NCBI RefSeq assembly: GCF_044704955.1
Contig: NC_091979.1
Location: forward strand, 250,604,001 to 250,668,000
Source: Pristiophorus japonicus
Taxonomy: Eukaryota
Direction of reading: 5' to 3'
DNA length: 64,000 bases
Within the stretch, counting starts at the first letter, position 1. Each line of letters opens with the position of its first letter. Below the pieces are notes generated by a model. It was given only the letters and a program-made list of their open reading frames with translations. It had not been told where the DNA came from and did no database searches. The translations under genes and the position numbers were made by a program. Shown one piece after another: positions 62,456 to 64,000 of this stretch.

Positions 62456-63014
62456 GATGGGTAGATTAGAGGGAGAATTGCTGCTGGGCTGTTCTAGTAC
62501 ACTTCCAAGTAACTGGCACAAGAGCAGTGTAGGCCAGATAGTAAGTTGTTTGTCCTCTTGCCTAGTATTATTTATGGCCCAAAAAGACTGGAGATAATGG
62601 AGGAAAATACTTAATAAGTAATGAACTATAAAGATGTACAAAACCAATTTGAAATCAACTTTGACACTTGTGTTTTTCTGTGTTATTATTATTGAAACTA
62701 TAAATTTGTTAATATCTGTATTACTGGGAGAACAGCTTAAATGAGTTTCTGAGCTTATGAGTTGTATGAGGAACTCAATTCATATATACAGTTGAATTTC
62801 TCTAGATCTTTGACTACTACTGTCAGCTGATGCTGATTCAGCTCTGTTACATTGTCAGAATCAGCAATGTCATCCAATGTTAACCGTATGCACTTACTTT
62901 CTACAAAACCTTACTTCCTGTTGCACGTTTTTATCTCACTTTGTCAACTTTTCCCATTATAAAAACCTATGTCCACATTTATAATGAAAACTGCCCATGG
63001 AAACTCATTTACAA

Positions 63015-63485
63015 AGGGAAGCTACAAAGGGACATTGACTGTCTAAGTGAGTGGGCAAGACTATGGTAGATGGAGTTCAATGTTGGGAATTGTAAGGTCA
63101 TCCATGTTGGATCTGAGAAAGACAAATATTTTATTGATGGTGAGAGAGTAGGGGGTAGAAATTTGACTCGGGCCGTTGCGCAAAATGGTATTGTATCTGC
63201 TGCCTGTTGTACTACCCGCCCAATATTCAGTTCCGTTGACTCAGTGGGGCATATAACAGGAGGCCAATGTGATATTGCCTGTTAAGTGCTACCGTCTTAG
63301 ACAAATTTCTACCCCTCAGAGCTGTGGAGGAACAAAGGGATTTAGGTGCCTATATACACAAATCATTAAAAGCTTGTGCACAGGTACAAAAAGACTAATG
63401 TAATGTTGGCCTTTATTTCAAGGGATTGGAATGCAAAAGTGATGATGATGCTTCAGTTGTACAGAGTATTGATCAGACCTCAACT
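63015..63485 (+). mobile_element. Old CR1 RT fragment interrupted by a MITE at 63152-63315
   Basis: MEFNVGNCKVIH motif; MITE has a perfect 14-bp TIR GGGGTAGAAATTTG. Confidence 0.7.
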
Positions 63486-64000
63486 TAGAACAAGATTTAA
63501 AAATAATAGGATAATAAGGAGCTGGCAATATATTACAAGGCTGTGATTCAATTGACAAGTTGCGATGGTATTGTAAATTGTGAGAGGTTGAGCCATTTGT
63601 GATCAGAAGCAGAACCATACTTTTAATCAGATTTCTTCAACTTGCTGCCTCCATTGTGTTATGCATGTACTGAGTAGCTCATCAAAAGTAAATCCTTGGT
63701 TTCTCTTTTTTTAACCGTTATATCACAGGAGTGCTGAGCGCAGTTGTGTGGTAGATGCATCGTGACACTAAATTAAAGAGAAAGGAAAACCTAGGATTCG
63801 AAGTACTGTCTCAATATATACAAGTATAAAAATATTGATTTGACATTATAAGTTTTACATTTCATACTCGTGCAGCATACTCCGCCAGCAGAGTGTTTGT
63901 TGGGGTCAGGTGGTCCTGGATGGCTACCAGGATAGGCTAAAGTCATGACCTGACTCCAATTACTGCTACCACTCAGAGAAGAGCCTCACTGCTCCTCAAC

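Noticed and set aside
63700-63830. Acceptor-like polypyrimidine-CAG as candidate MXD exon 4
   Set aside because: Translation does not give the expected RAHLRLCLE helix 1 and stops quickly; exon 4 not found in the window.

Overview
Eukaryotic, repeat-rich vertebrate DNA. The repeat complement (CR1 LINEs with an esterase ORF1, SacSINE1/Deu-domain SINEs, L2 and RTE LINEs, K02A2.6-type Gypsy elements) points to a cartilaginous fish (shark). The first ~28 kb is nested retroelement debris: a near full-length CR1 inside an older CR1, two full-length Gypsy elements inserted into one RTE LINE, and solo LTRs. The only host gene I can support is on the + strand and is missed by the ORF track because its exons are short. 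It is an MXD/MAD-family bHLH-Zip repressor, most like MXD1 (MXI1 not excluded). Exon 1 (37014-37086, Sin3-interaction domain), exon 2 (37354-37441) and exon 3 (41852-41881, basic region) are present; the HLH-Zip exons appear to lie beyond the window. The most notable observation is a second, upstream SID-encoding first exon (ends 29641) clearly homologous to the MXI1-0 exon 0. Its N-terminal MGKRGRPRK motif is cut off as a 13-codon uORF, and a downstream ATG could start the SID. The introns hold many TIR-bounded Harbinger-like elements and a gag-protease-only LTR element. All homology calls are from recall of family sequences, not from database searches.
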